Source: Planctomycetota bacterium
Lineage (GTDB): Bacteria > Planctomycetota > Brocadiia > Brocadiales > Brocadiaceae
DNA length: 24,000 bases
Direction of reading: 5' to 3'
Assembly: GCA_023261485.1 (NCBI GenBank)
Contig: JAHFOY010000011.1
Span: forward strand, 6,763-30,762
Translations under genes and position numbers: made by a program
Notes under the pieces: generated by a model
What the model saw: the letters and a program-made list of their open reading frames with translations, nothing else
Told to the model about the DNA's origin: nothing
Databases searched by the model: none
Shown: positions 10,380 to 19,358 of the stretch, piece after piece
How the letters are laid out: the number at the start of each line of letters is the position of its first letter
How positions within the stretch are numbered: position 1 is the first letter of the stretch

Positions 10380-10558
10380 AAGCTGTTATTTTAGCTCACC
10401 GCATATTTGTTGCTCATGCAACACCAAGAGGAAAGACTGAACAGTTTTGCCGTAAAATAATTAATTGGGGTAAGCCAGTTTTGACTTCCAATTACAATGA
10501 CAATACCAGACTATTAATATGGGAATAAAGGCTGTCCAACCAGAGGATATATGCTGTA

Positions 10559-11542
10559 TCAGGTAGGCGCTATAAATTCTTTTTCTTGCGTATCGGTATT
10601 TATCAGCTTATTAATGGCGTCCAGCACGGGTTCTGTAGAGTTCTGAAATTTGGCTATGGGATTCACGATCGCAAGGCCACGGTAATATGTAACGAGTCCT
10701 TCTGCAACCTCTGTCATAATTTTGTTAAAGGTATTCCGTTTCTTTGCCCTTGCAAGTTTCACCTCGGGACCTTTATCCCCGGTAATGGGGATTCTTTCAT
10801 AATTGCCAAAATCCATCCGCAGTATATTGATCATACCACCCTGACCAGATAATTGATTGACAATTTCTGCCGAAGGTAACGAGGCGATATATGCTAAAGG
10901 GTAAGTGTAATCTTTGTATCCTTCCTTGTTCACATAAAAATCATTCAGAATACCCAGCGTCTCAAAATACTCTTGCACCCTTGTAAAACATTTTTTATTT
11001 ACCAGCGCCTCCTCTATTTCTTTGACTGGTTTACTTGCAGTTTTTAACTTTCCCAGAATGATGGTGGTAGCAATAGCCCTGTCCTGCTGATAGGTTTTTA
11101 CTTCAATTTGAATGTAATCGCTGCTCACAAACTGCCATAAAAATAGATTACACGTCCTTTCACAGTAAAAAGCAGAACCGGTAAATTTTATGTTTACGGA
11201 GGATATTTCTAATTCTGAAAAGAGGACTTCTAAGGGAAGGATGATCTTCGAAACGGTCATCGCACCGGGAACAATGTTGCCTTTCCGGTGGATGATATTA
11301 TTGTCGTTGGTTACATCAACGAAACGTTCGCCGTGCTGCTTGGAAATTGTATATTCGTGCTTGATTAGAAATTTGTCCCATACCTGCAACCGGCATTCGT
11401 TATGGGAATCATTCTCTAGTATTAAGCCGGGATGCGGCGTGCGCGCCTTTGCATCCCGAAAGCAGATTTTATCGGCCAAAAAACCTTCGACCCGCCTCAT
11501 TGGTATTGAAAATATAGGGGTTTGCGCTCTGCTCATAGACAT
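10559..11542 (-). CDS. Hypothetical protein with an N-terminal MaoC-like/hotdog-fold motif
   Basis: 327-aa ORF. VTNDNNIIHRKGNIVPGAMT resembles the D-x-N-P-I-H...HG motif of MaoC dehydratase-like hotdog domains. I do not recognise the C-terminal half. Confidence 0.5.
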   Translation of the reverse strand: MSMSRAQTPIFSIPMRRVEGFLADKICFRDAKARTPHPGLILENDSHNECRLQVWDKFLIKHEYTISKQHGERFVDVTNDNNIIHRKGNIVPGAMTVSKIILPLEVLFSELEISSVNIKFTGSAFYCERTCNLFLWQFVSSDYIQIEVKTYQQDRAIATTIILGKLKTASKPVKEIEEALVNKKCFTRVQEYFETLGILNDFYVNKEGYKDYTYPLAYIASLPSAEIVNQLSGQGGMINILRMDFGNYERIPITGDKGPEVKLARAKKRNTFNKIMTEVAEGLVTYYRGLAIVNPIAKFQNSTEPVLDAINKLINTDTQEKEFIAPT

Positions 11543-11901
11543 TACCGATAAAAAATTTCATCTTTTTTAATTGTTCTTGATTCTATTACCTGAATTATCT
11601 TATGTCAAGGATATAAAAAAATATTTTAACCTTAATAAAATAAATCGTAAGGTCTTAGGACAACACAATCTATCGGTTGCATAGGTTTGCATAACAAAGA
11701 CATTTCAATGCACTTTTTAACACATAGCAGAGTCACCACTATTCGCCTGGCGGGTATACATTACTTGCCCTTTATTAGCTTGACAAAAATTCGTGGTCTC
11801 AGTATGCTAACCGACATGCAACACATGATGTTTTTGTTAAACATTCATATTTCAATAAGATATAAAAGGCAATCCACTTAAAATTTAAAGGATATTTCCA
11901 A

Positions 11902-13179
11902 GTGCAACAAATCTGTGTATTTGAAGATAGCCAACACTCACAACTCATCCCACTTGTGTATGCAAAGCCGGTGTTTGAACTCCGATGCGGCTTATTTTCC
12001 AATTTGGAAAGAACTGTCAAACACTATCCTGATGCCGCTATTACCCTTTTTTGCAGAAATTACCTATCCGATATATTAAAAGAAAAATACCCTCATCGTG
12101 TTAACACCCTTCATACAACAGACAATGCCTGCCTTTTTTTAAACGGTCGTGCGATTATTTCTCTGCCTGTTCCTTTAGAAGGCCCGGAGGAAATTGGGGT
12201 TCAGGATAATACGCTTGTTTATGCCCGACTCAAAGGAAACAATGTAAAAAAAATATCTCACGAAAAATTTCTTACACCGGACGTCATCGATTTGCTGAAA
12301 GGTACGTTACCGGTGGTTGATACCCATGTACCCATCATCAACTATTTTTGGGATATCATAAAACACAACAAATCTCAAATAGAAAAGGATTTCATGCTAT
12401 TTGTCAAGGAAGGCTCTATTTCCGGAAAATTGTACGAAGGTGTTTATCTTATCAATGAAGACTTGGTATTTATCGGCAAAGGAAGCCGGGTTAAACCGGG
12501 CTGTGTATTTGATGCAGAAAATGGGCCTATTTATATAGGTAATAACGCCTCCATCGCCCCAAATACGACCATTGAAGGACCTGTTTACGTTGGCAACCAT
12601 TCTATAATTCAATCTAATTCGAGAATACGCGGAGGCGCCAACATTGGAGAGGGCTGCAAGGTAGGGGGAGAAATCGTAAATACTATTTTTCACAGTCACA
12701 GCAATAAACAACACGACGGATTCCTCGGTGATTCTTATATCGGCTCATGGATCAATATCGGGGCAGATACCGTAAATAGCAATTTACTTAATACCTATGG
12801 AAATATAAAGGTCGAACTGGGTGGGGATATTATCAATACGAATCACCTGTTCCTTGGTATGGCAATGGGAGACCATACAAAAACAGCCATCAATACAACA
12901 ATTATGACAGGCAGTGTTTTTGGTTTCGCCTGTAATATAATTACACCCGCCTATCCACCAAAATATCTTCCATCTTTTACATGGTATTCAGACAATGGAA
13001 TGAAGGTCTATATATTAGAAAAGGCATTACAGGTAGCAAGGATTGCGATGAAAAGACGGGATAAAGAAATGACCCCAACAGAAGAACAACTCTTTAGAAT
13101 GATATTTCAGCTTACAGAGAAAGAAAGAAATTCCATAAAAATATGGCACAAGCAGGAACTCAAACCTGACAGTTATTAA
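11902..13179 (+). CDS. Sugar nucleotidyltransferase-like protein with a C-terminal left-handed beta-helix (hexapeptide repeats)
   Basis: 425-aa ORF with a GTG start. The C-terminal half carries repeated [LIV]-G-x-x-x-x hexapeptide patterns ([39 protein letters not shown]), as in GlmU/LpxA-type proteins. Confidence 0.7.
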   Translation: MQQICVFEDSQHSQLIPLVYAKPVFELRCGLFSNLERTVKHYPDAAITLFCRNYLSDILKEKYPHRVNTLHTTDNACLFLNGRAIISLPVPLEGPEEIGVQDNTLVYARLKGNNVKKISHEKFLTPDVIDLLKGTLPVVDTHVPIINYFWDIIKHNKSQIEKDFMLFVKEGSISGKLYEGVYLINEDLVFIGKGSRVKPGCVFDAENGPIYIGNNASIAPNTTIEGPVYVGNHSIIQSNSRIRGGANIGEGCKVGGEIVNTIFHSHSNKQHDGFLGDSYIGSWINIGADTVNSNLLNTYGNIKVELGGDIINTNHLFLGMAMGDHTKTAINTTIMTGSVFGFACNIITPAYPPKYLPSFTWYSDNGMKVYILEKALQVARIAMKRRDKEMTPTEEQLFRMIFQLTEKERNSIKIWHKQELKPDSY

Positions 13180-13252
13180 CAGAGTAGTCCCACGGCAACA
13201 CCAAGAGTTGCATACGAATTATTTTTGTGGTAAATATAATAAAGGGCATATT

Positions 13253-13852
13253 ATGGAAAAAGACCTCCAACACGAACGAATTATCATTGATACGAGTATT
13301 TTTACCAATCCGGAGATATACCAAACCTTTGGTAATAGTCCCACAGATGCGTTACGCGCATTCTTAGAGATTATCAGCAAATTGGATGGTCCGGCCTTTT
13401 ATATGCCCCCAACAATTTATCATGAGCTGCTGAATTTTGTCGAAATAAAGGATATCCCCGTCGAATTACAAATCCGTATATTTCAAAAACCCCCAAAAAG
13501 GTATGAACTTTCAGTTCCGGCTTTTTTGCTGTATGAACTTATCGAGGATGTGCGTCATAGAATTGACAAGGGTTTACGGGTAGCTGAAGATGCTGTAAGA
13601 GAGACATCCCCTGAAACTGAACCGGAGGCTATTAATAATCTGAGAAAAAAATACCGTTCAGCGCTTCGTGAAGGAATTATTGACAGCAAGGAAGACGTTG
13701 ATCTGATCCTCCTGTCCAAGGAAATGGATGGCATCCTGATAACAGCCGATACAGGTATCGTCAAGTGGGCGGATAAATTAGGTATCCGATACATTGATCC
13801 CCGTATGCTGCGGGGTATCCTGGATAAGTTAATACAGCAAGCCCACAAATAG
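13253..13852 (+). CDS. PIN-like RNA ligase partner protein (MJ_0950-like family, from memory)
   Basis: [42 protein letters not shown]...[15 protein letters not shown] matches my recollection of archaeal RNA-ligase-partner proteins. I prefer the ATG at 13253 to the TTG at 13208. The gene is convergent with the RNA ligase gene, with an 18-nt gap. Confidence 0.65.
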   Translation: MEKDLQHERIIIDTSIFTNPEIYQTFGNSPTDALRAFLEIISKLDGPAFYMPPTIYHELLNFVEIKDIPVELQIRIFQKPPKRYELSVPAFLLYELIEDVRHRIDKGLRVAEDAVRETSPETEPEAINNLRKKYRSALREGIIDSKEDVDLILLSKEMDGILITADTGIVKWADKLGIRYIDPRMLRGILDKLIQQAHK

Positions 13853-13870
13853 TTTGATCACCTTGAAAAA

Positions 13871-15013
13871 CTAATCAACATGGGCTGCGCCGTCCAGGTG
13901 ACTCTGAAGAATTTCATACGAGGCATAACATCTTCTTGCAAACCGGACATGCCAGTAAGCACCTTCTTTCTTTTTTGACAATATCTCGAACTTCACTTTA
14001 CACCTGTGCAGGTGATCAATCATCCTTTGAACATTTTTCTCTTCCCGAAATTTTAAGAGAAATCTTTCGTCGATAAGTTCTCCCCGCGCAGTCTTAGTAA
14101 CACTTTCATACACGGGTTGTAATAACACCTCCCCCAACTGAGCAAAAACTTCCGATTTCAATGACTTGACGTTTTCCTGAATAAACATAGCCGCGCGAAT
14201 AATGCGGTGGGTAAAAAACTCAGACATCATCTCAGCCATCAGCGGGGCAGTAACATGGATATCGCGCAAACAGGATCCTAATGTCACGTACTTCAGGATA
14301 TTTTCGTCAGGATGGGTTGGTTTCATTACGATCCCTTCACATCCCGTCTCATCCAATTCTTTAATAACTTTTTTCAGGGCTGGAATGTCGGAGACTGAAA
14401 ACCGCCCAAATCTCCTGACCGTTGGCATACAATATGTATCAAAGAGTTTGTACCTCTCTTCGACCGGAATACTTTGCGGTTTATCCAACATCATTAAATC
14501 AAAGGCAAAAAATCTGATATCCTCCTTTACATACGGTGGATGTTCAATGTTGTAAGGATTATCGGGGCCGGCAAATTCACCACAAACTATTAACTCCGGA
14601 TAATCATCAAATATCTTTTTTACATCCAAAAAATCCACAATCCGGTCGGTTGAGAAGGGACAGACATAGGCGCCGCGCGAAAAGGCCAGCACGCGGCCTT
14701 GAATGCGTGCAACCCGAATGTTGTAACCATCGACCTTTTCTTCTACGTAAAATGGTTGCGCGTAGGCCTTGTGGATGCCGTTTTCCAGATGCATTATCCG
14801 GGCAATACGCGGAAAATCAAAGAGGATGCCTTCCGGGGTAACGATCGCCCCTTTCCCCAACTCGCCAACCTTTTTCGCCACCCGATAAAAGCAGATACCG
14901 TCGAATTCCTCACGGACAACATCATGCCTGCCAACAGATTCGTCCCATGCGGGCCCAGAAATTCCTACCTGCCTGACTATGTCATATATTTCCATATGCA
15001 CAAACTTTCTCAC
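13871..15013 (-). CDS. ATP-dependent RNA ligase, archaeal Pab1020/Rnl3-like family
   Basis: Nucleotidyltransferase motif I, EEKVDGYNIRV (KxDG), is present. Overall length and downstream motifs (CGEFAG, EGIVMK) fit the Rnl3 type. The track start at 15013 is GTG; an ATG at 14995 is an alternative. Confidence 0.75.
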   Translation of the reverse strand: MRKFVHMEIYDIVRQVGISGPAWDESVGRHDVVREEFDGICFYRVAKKVGELGKGAIVTPEGILFDFPRIARIMHLENGIHKAYAQPFYVEEKVDGYNIRVARIQGRVLAFSRGAYVCPFSTDRIVDFLDVKKIFDDYPELIVCGEFAGPDNPYNIEHPPYVKEDIRFFAFDLMMLDKPQSIPVEERYKLFDTYCMPTVRRFGRFSVSDIPALKKVIKELDETGCEGIVMKPTHPDENILKYVTLGSCLRDIHVTAPLMAEMMSEFFTHRIIRAAMFIQENVKSLKSEVFAQLGEVLLQPVYESVTKTARGELIDERFLLKFREEKNVQRMIDHLHRCKVKFEILSKKKEGAYWHVRFARRCYASYEILQSHLDGAAHVD

Positions 15014-15299
15014 AACACAACCGTGATGGTTACGCTACCAGGTTGAAATACCTCATATAAAAAACTTTGTAAAGGTGATGTTACATAAACCCGTCCTTTG
15101 TTTTCAAGACAAAACTGATGAGCCGTCGAGAATACCTGCCTTAATTACAGCAAACTTTATCTATAACTCTCATATTTACATAAGGTTAAATTTAATGAGC
15201 GTTTTGTTTTTAATATTGACTTCAAAAAGACTCAATCGTATAATGAAATTCCTTTAAATTTTTTAGAGGAAATGAAATGTCTCCAAAAAGGATATTACG

Positions 15300-16769
15300 A
15301 TGTATATAATCCTGGGTTATGATGATATTGGAAATGCATTGGTTCGAAATCTAAGCAAGTCCGGCGAGGAGATATTCGTTATTGACACAGATGAATCTGC
15401 TTTGTTTGGGTTAAAAGAATCCAATCTACATACACATGTAGCGGATATACGTACTTTTGATTTAGGCGCATTACCGGAAAAACACACAATCGCCTTTGTC
15501 CTCTTACAAAAAAACTTTAAAGATAACTTGACATTAGTAAGGCGCATCAAGAAACTATTTCCCGATAAATTCATAGTATCAAGGGCAACCGATGAGAAAG
15601 AGGCTTCTGCATTAATAGAAAATGGCGCGGATCGTGTTGTTCAAACAACCAGAATTATTACAAATACCTTCCTGAGTGAACTGGAGGCAGCAAAAATAAA
15701 AAGGTCTGCTTCTCATTTAGTAAGTGTGATTAAGACAGCAACACGTAAAGGGTTGGCCATTTTTTTACAGGATAACCCGGACCCGGACGCCATCGCTTCC
15801 GGACTTGCATTAAAACGTATTGCTGAAAAATATGATATCCAATCCGGTATTTATTACGGCGGAAACATTGGTTATCGGCAAAATAAAACATTAGTCAATC
15901 TGCTGAAAGCGGACCTCATTCGATTAAAAACAACAGATGAGGCGCAGAAAATAATTAATGCTGCGGATAAGACGGCATTAATAGAAGCGTCTATTCCTTC
16001 AAAAAACAATATATTGCCTGCACATGCAATCCCCAATATTATTATTGATCACCATCAAACTGATTTACACCTTGTAAAGGGGGAATTTATTGAAATAGTG
16101 CCAAAAATTGGAGCCACCTCTACCATTATGACGAGATACATGAGACAACTGGGTATTGTACCTGACTCATCACTTGCCACAGCGCTCCGTTACGGAATCA
16201 GGGTGGATACTGGCGGATTTACGAGAAACACAACTACCGAAGACCTTGAGGCGGCTGCCTATCTCTCGCCGTTAGTGGACGTGGGCCTATTAAAACAAAT
16301 CGAGAACCTTCCTATGAGCGCAGAGACCATTGACATTCTTGGAAAGGCCATTCGAAACCGGGAAGTAAGAGGGCCATATCTGATTTCCTTTGTGGAATAC
16401 ATAACGGATAGGGACGCATTACCACAAGCGGCTGAATTAATGATACAACTGGAGGGTGTCTCTACAGTGCTTGTCTTTGGCATTGACAAAAACAAAGTTC
16501 AACTATCCGCTCGAAGTATAGATTCAAGTGTCAACCTTGCACTATTATTACAAAAGGCGTTTGGATTTATGAATGCCGGAGGTCACGCTAATATGGCAGC
16601 GGGTAGTATAGATTTGGGTACTTTTGGCAATATTAACAATAAGGCATTATCAAGTGTCATTTTTGATACCATACGAAAAAAGTTTTTCACAGCGGCAGGC
16701 GTAGATATCGAAAAGTGGGAAGTTCCAAAGAAACTGGAATTAATGATCAACAACGGTACCAGGAATTAA
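15300..16769 (+). CDS. DHH/DHHA1-family phosphoesterase with an N-terminal Rossmann (TrkA-N-like) domain
   Basis: DHH motif IIIDHHQTD and DHHA1 motif AGGHANMAAG are present. The N-terminus MYIILGYDDIGNAL resembles a GxGxxG-like Rossmann start. Confidence 0.8.
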   Translation: MYIILGYDDIGNALVRNLSKSGEEIFVIDTDESALFGLKESNLHTHVADIRTFDLGALPEKHTIAFVLLQKNFKDNLTLVRRIKKLFPDKFIVSRATDEKEASALIENGADRVVQTTRIITNTFLSELEAAKIKRSASHLVSVIKTATRKGLAIFLQDNPDPDAIASGLALKRIAEKYDIQSGIYYGGNIGYRQNKTLVNLLKADLIRLKTTDEAQKIINAADKTALIEASIPSKNNILPAHAIPNIIIDHHQTDLHLVKGEFIEIVPKIGATSTIMTRYMRQLGIVPDSSLATALRYGIRVDTGGFTRNTTTEDLEAAAYLSPLVDVGLLKQIENLPMSAETIDILGKAIRNREVRGPYLISFVEYITDRDALPQAAELMIQLEGVSTVLVFGIDKNKVQLSARSIDSSVNLALLLQKAFGFMNAGGHANMAAGSIDLGTFGNINNKALSSVIFDTIRKKFFTAAGVDIEKWEVPKKLELMINNGTRN

Positions 16770-16805
16770 ATCGTAATTACCATTTTATAAGTAAGGAGAA
16801 AGATT

Positions 16806-17813
16806 ATGGAAAAAGGTTTTTTAGGTGTGGGTTTGGTAAGTCTTACAATTTTTTTGAGCTCTTGTGTGGCCACTCAGACACAAGTAAAGCAAACAAAAGC
16901 CCCCGAATTACAAGTAGAAGTAAAGGCAGAACCGGCTGCACCCGAAGCCGCTGCTCCTGAAGCTCCAGCACCTGAGGCTGCCGCTCCGGCCGTAGAAGAG
17001 GCAAAACCTGCCGAAGCTACTGTTGCTGAACCTGCTGCTCCTGAAGCTGCCGCACCTGAAGCTCCGGCTGCAGAACCCGCTGCTCCTGAAGCTCCAGCGC
17101 CTGAGGCTGCCGCTCCGGCTGCAGAAGAAGCAAAACCCGCTGAAGCTCCTGCTGCTGTGGTACCGGCCGCTCCTGAAGCTCCAGCGCCTGAGGCTGCCGC
17201 TCCGGCTGCAGAAGAAGCAAAACCTGTTGAAGCTCCTGCTGCTGTGGTACCGGCCGCTCCTGAAGCTCCAGCGCCTGAGGCTGCCGCTCCGGCTGCAGAA
17301 GAAGCAAAACCGGCAGAAGAAGCTGTAAAACCCGAGGAGAAAAAGACAAAGGCTTTGCCTTCAGAAAAAGAGGAATCTAAGGCCGAGGCTTTACATCAAT
17401 GTGCCACTTGCAATAAAGAAGTTGGAGAAGGACACGTCTGCGGCGTTACAACGTATTGTCAACAATGCAAGGAAGAAGTTGGCGCTGGTCATATCTGCGA
17501 TTTGACATTCTTTTGCCACGATTGCAAAAAAGAGGTCGGAGATGGCCACGTCTGCAACGTAACGACTTTTTGTCCTAAATGTGAAGAAGAAGTCGGGGCA
17601 GGCCACATCTGCGACGTAACTTATTTCTGCTACGATTGCGAGAAAGAGGTGGGTGACGAACATATCTGCGGCGTCACCCATTTTTGTCCCACCTGCAAGG
17701 CAGAAGTTGGGGAAGGACACGAATGCGGAAAGACGTTCTTCTGCTTTGACTGTGAGAAAGAGGTAGCCAAGGATCATCAACACGAAAAGGCAGCCGAAAA
17801 ACCTGCAAAGTAA
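16806..17813 (+). CDS. Lipoprotein with a Pro/Ala/Glu-rich tandem-repeat linker and seven C-terminal CxxC-x7-HxC repeats
   Basis: The signal peptide carries a lipobox (LTIFLSSC). It is followed by PEAAAPEAPAPEAAAPAAEEAKPAEA repeats and then a 19-aa unit, CxxCxxEVGxGHxCxxTxF, repeated seven times (the last copy is degenerate). A strong terminator lies 29 nt downstream. Confidence 0.85.
   Translation: MEKGFLGVGLVSLTIFLSSCVATQTQVKQTKAPELQVEVKAEPAAPEAAAPEAPAPEAAAPAVEEAKPAEATVAEPAAPEAAAPEAPAAEPAAPEAPAPEAAAPAAEEAKPAEAPAAVVPAAPEAPAPEAAAPAAEEAKPVEAPAAVVPAAPEAPAPEAAAPAAEEAKPAEEAVKPEEKKTKALPSEKEESKAEALHQCATCNKEVGEGHVCGVTTYCQQCKEEVGAGHICDLTFFCHDCKKEVGDGHVCNVTTFCPKCEEEVGAGHICDVTYFCYDCEKEVGDEHICGVTHFCPTCKAEVGEGHECGKTFFCFDCEKEVAKDHQHEKAAEKPAK
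16930..17330 (+). repeat. Tandem 87-bp coding repeat (about 3 near-identical copies at 17079-17320 plus one diverged upstream copy)
   Basis: taccggccgctcctgaagctccagcgcctgaggctgccgctccggctgcagaagaagcaaaacc recurs with a period of 87 nt (for example 17161 versus 17248). It encodes the 29-aa unit PAAPEAPAPEAAAPAAEEAKPxEAPAAVV. Confidence 0.85.
17400..17798 (+). repeat. Seven tandem 57-bp coding units, each encoding a Cys2-His-Cys motif
   Basis: Protein-level period of 19 aa: CATCNKEVGEGHVCGVTTY / CQQCKEEVGAGHICDLTFF / CHDCKKEVGDGHVCNVTTF / CPKCEEEVGAGHICDVTYF / CYDCEKEVGDEHICGVTHF / CPTCKAEVGEGHECGKTFF / CFDCEKEVAKDHQHEKAAE. Confidence 0.85.
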
Positions 17814-17841
17814 CTTTTGAATTGATTCAAAAATTCAATGC

Positions 17842-17876
17842 AAAAAGGCATGCTTGGTACCAAGCATGCCTTTTTT
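17842..17876. terminator. Bidirectional Rho-independent terminator
   Basis: Perfect palindrome aaaaaggcatgcttggtaccaagcatgcctttttt, a 12-bp GC-containing stem flanked by an A-run and a T-run. It lies between the convergent genes 16806..17813 (+) and 18000..19190 (-). Confidence 0.85.
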
Positions 17877-17999
17877 GTTATATTCTGGAATCAAGTGCCC
17901 TGTCATTTCATATACTACCCCACGGGGATTAATAAAATCCTTTGGTATCATAGATTATATTTTGCGCTACATTGGATACTTTTAATCACCGCACCGCTA

Positions 18000-19190
18000 C
18001 TAATTTTTGCTAAAAAATCGTAGTATTCTCTGAAATTTCCTCAGTGCAACCCTTAGGCGCAGGGTACTCTGTCTTCCTTGTTCAATCCCTTCCATGCGCG
18101 CTATGACCTCTCTGGCAGGAGCTACGACGCGTAAAATAAATTTTATTCTTTTCTGCCACCCGGAAATGTTAGAAAAGTAAAAAAAATAGCAAAGATTTTC
18201 CTTTCGCTTACCCTGCCTGAGCAATCTGGAGAAAATCCTTTCTCCCAACCCTTTGCGCCGAGGATAGAGGGTTTCCAAGACTTCACGAGGTACACTGGCG
18301 CCAAAATATTCTTTGCTCAACCATAAACTATAAAACAAAGGCCTTCTCAATTGAAACTCCTCTGCCTCATTGCAAAGCTTTTCCCAATCTAATTTTTCTT
18401 TCCAATGGTTTATCACCCGGTGTATATCCCATACGTGGATTAGCAGATTGTAAGAATGCCTCATGGCATGTTCTGAGAGGTGAAGGAGTTGATGATGGAG
18501 GGCGAGGCACAGCGCATCTGCCTGTCGTATCTTTAAGGGAACTGCCTCCTTCCACAGCTTATCCGCATTAATTTTTTCTGCATAAATATAATTAGGAAGC
18601 GCATCATTAACCCAGTGCCAGTGCAGATGCAGGAAAAGCGGAGAACCCCTTTTCCTGTATAACTGACTGTTATAACAGTTAGATACCCGGAAAGAATCCA
18701 ATCGGACAAAAGACCGATACCCTAATTGGGACAGAACTTTATCAAGCTGCGGAACCTCTGCTGGTTTTACAAGGATGTCTACATCGCCCAGTCCGCGAAT
18801 CCCGAAGTCCTCATACACAGAGGAGAGGAGGGATGCCCCTTTCAAGATGATAATAGGATTATCCAGCATCCGGAGTAAAGCAGCCAATTCTTCAAGGATG
18901 CGGACATTTCTCCCCCAATTATTTATGTATTCCTTTTTGAGTTGTGCTCTAATTGGCGGAGGCATGTCAATCCCCCTCTTTATCAGGCCTTTGTAAAGGA
19001 GGAAAGAAAGCCCTTCTTTTTGGGAGACGCTTAACGCCTCTGTCCAGGAAGGCGAAATAGTTACATTATAGGAGGGATTTAATACCTGCGAGATGAATTT
19101 CAGGGCTTCGTTTCGCCCGGTCTCGTTTGAACATAGCGTGGCGCAGGCCGACTGGAACATATTCTCAAATTTACCCTGTGTTTCTAACAT
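18000..19190 (-). CDS. Nucleotidyltransferase-family protein (resembles the uncharacterised NTP_transf_5-type family found in RiPP clusters)
   Basis: 396-aa ORF. LKGASLLSSVYEDFGIRGLGDVDILV carries the G-x-GDxD-type nucleotidyltransferase motif. It lies directly downstream of, and on the same strand as, the rSAM/PqqD cassette. Confidence 0.65.
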   Translation of the reverse strand: MLETQGKFENMFQSACATLCSNETGRNEALKFISQVLNPSYNVTISPSWTEALSVSQKEGLSFLLYKGLIKRGIDMPPPIRAQLKKEYINNWGRNVRILEELAALLRMLDNPIIILKGASLLSSVYEDFGIRGLGDVDILVKPAEVPQLDKVLSQLGYRSFVRLDSFRVSNCYNSQLYRKRGSPLFLHLHWHWVNDALPNYIYAEKINADKLWKEAVPLKIRQADALCLALHHQLLHLSEHAMRHSYNLLIHVWDIHRVINHWKEKLDWEKLCNEAEEFQLRRPLFYSLWLSKEYFGASVPREVLETLYPRRKGLGERIFSRLLRQGKRKENLCYFFYFSNISGWQKRIKFILRVVAPAREVIARMEGIEQGRQSTLRLRVALRKFQRILRFFSKN

Positions 19191-19288
19191 TCGAGGATGT
19201 ATGCACTATATGTGTTTTTCATGTATCAGTAGAATACCCCATAAAATCTTGCTGTGAATAAACCAAAAACAGATTAGGCCTTCGGCAA

Positions 19289-19358
19289 CTTTTCAATGTA
19301 GAGCGAAGAGACCCTTCGCTCTACAAACCGCATAAATAAAATGAATCCTATACAATCA
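19289..19358 (-). repeat. Copy B of the ~70-nt dispersed hairpin element (partner at 2573..2643)
   Basis: The reverse complement reads tgattgtataggattcattttatttatgcggtttgtagagcgaagggtctcttcgctctacattgaaaag, with the hairpin at 19298..19324. The element overlaps the last three codons and the TAG stop of the rSAM gene 19348..20448, and it coincides with the GC-content switch. Confidence 0.85.

Noticed and set aside
10380-10528. An open frame after porB ending ...AHRIFVAHATPRGKTEQFCRKIINWGKPVLTSNYNDNTRLLIWE*, which looks like the C-terminal tail of a real protein and so a possible gene remnant.
   Set aside because: It has no start codon or SD, the frame only continues upstream inside porB, and I cannot name the family. 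The evidence is insufficient to call a pseudogene. A translated search could revisit this.
17017-17349. ORFs of 110 aa (-) and 101 aa (+) within the lipoprotein repeat region.
   Set aside because: They are frame shadows of the 87-bp tandem repeat. Their low-complexity Q/L/P-rich products are generated by the repeat, and the lipoprotein frame has a signal peptide and continues through the Cys-rich domain.
19191-19347. Looked for integrase, transposase or tRNA attachment-site hallmarks at the island boundary.
   Set aside because: None is present in the window. Only the 70-nt hairpin element marks the junction, so no mobile-element call is made.
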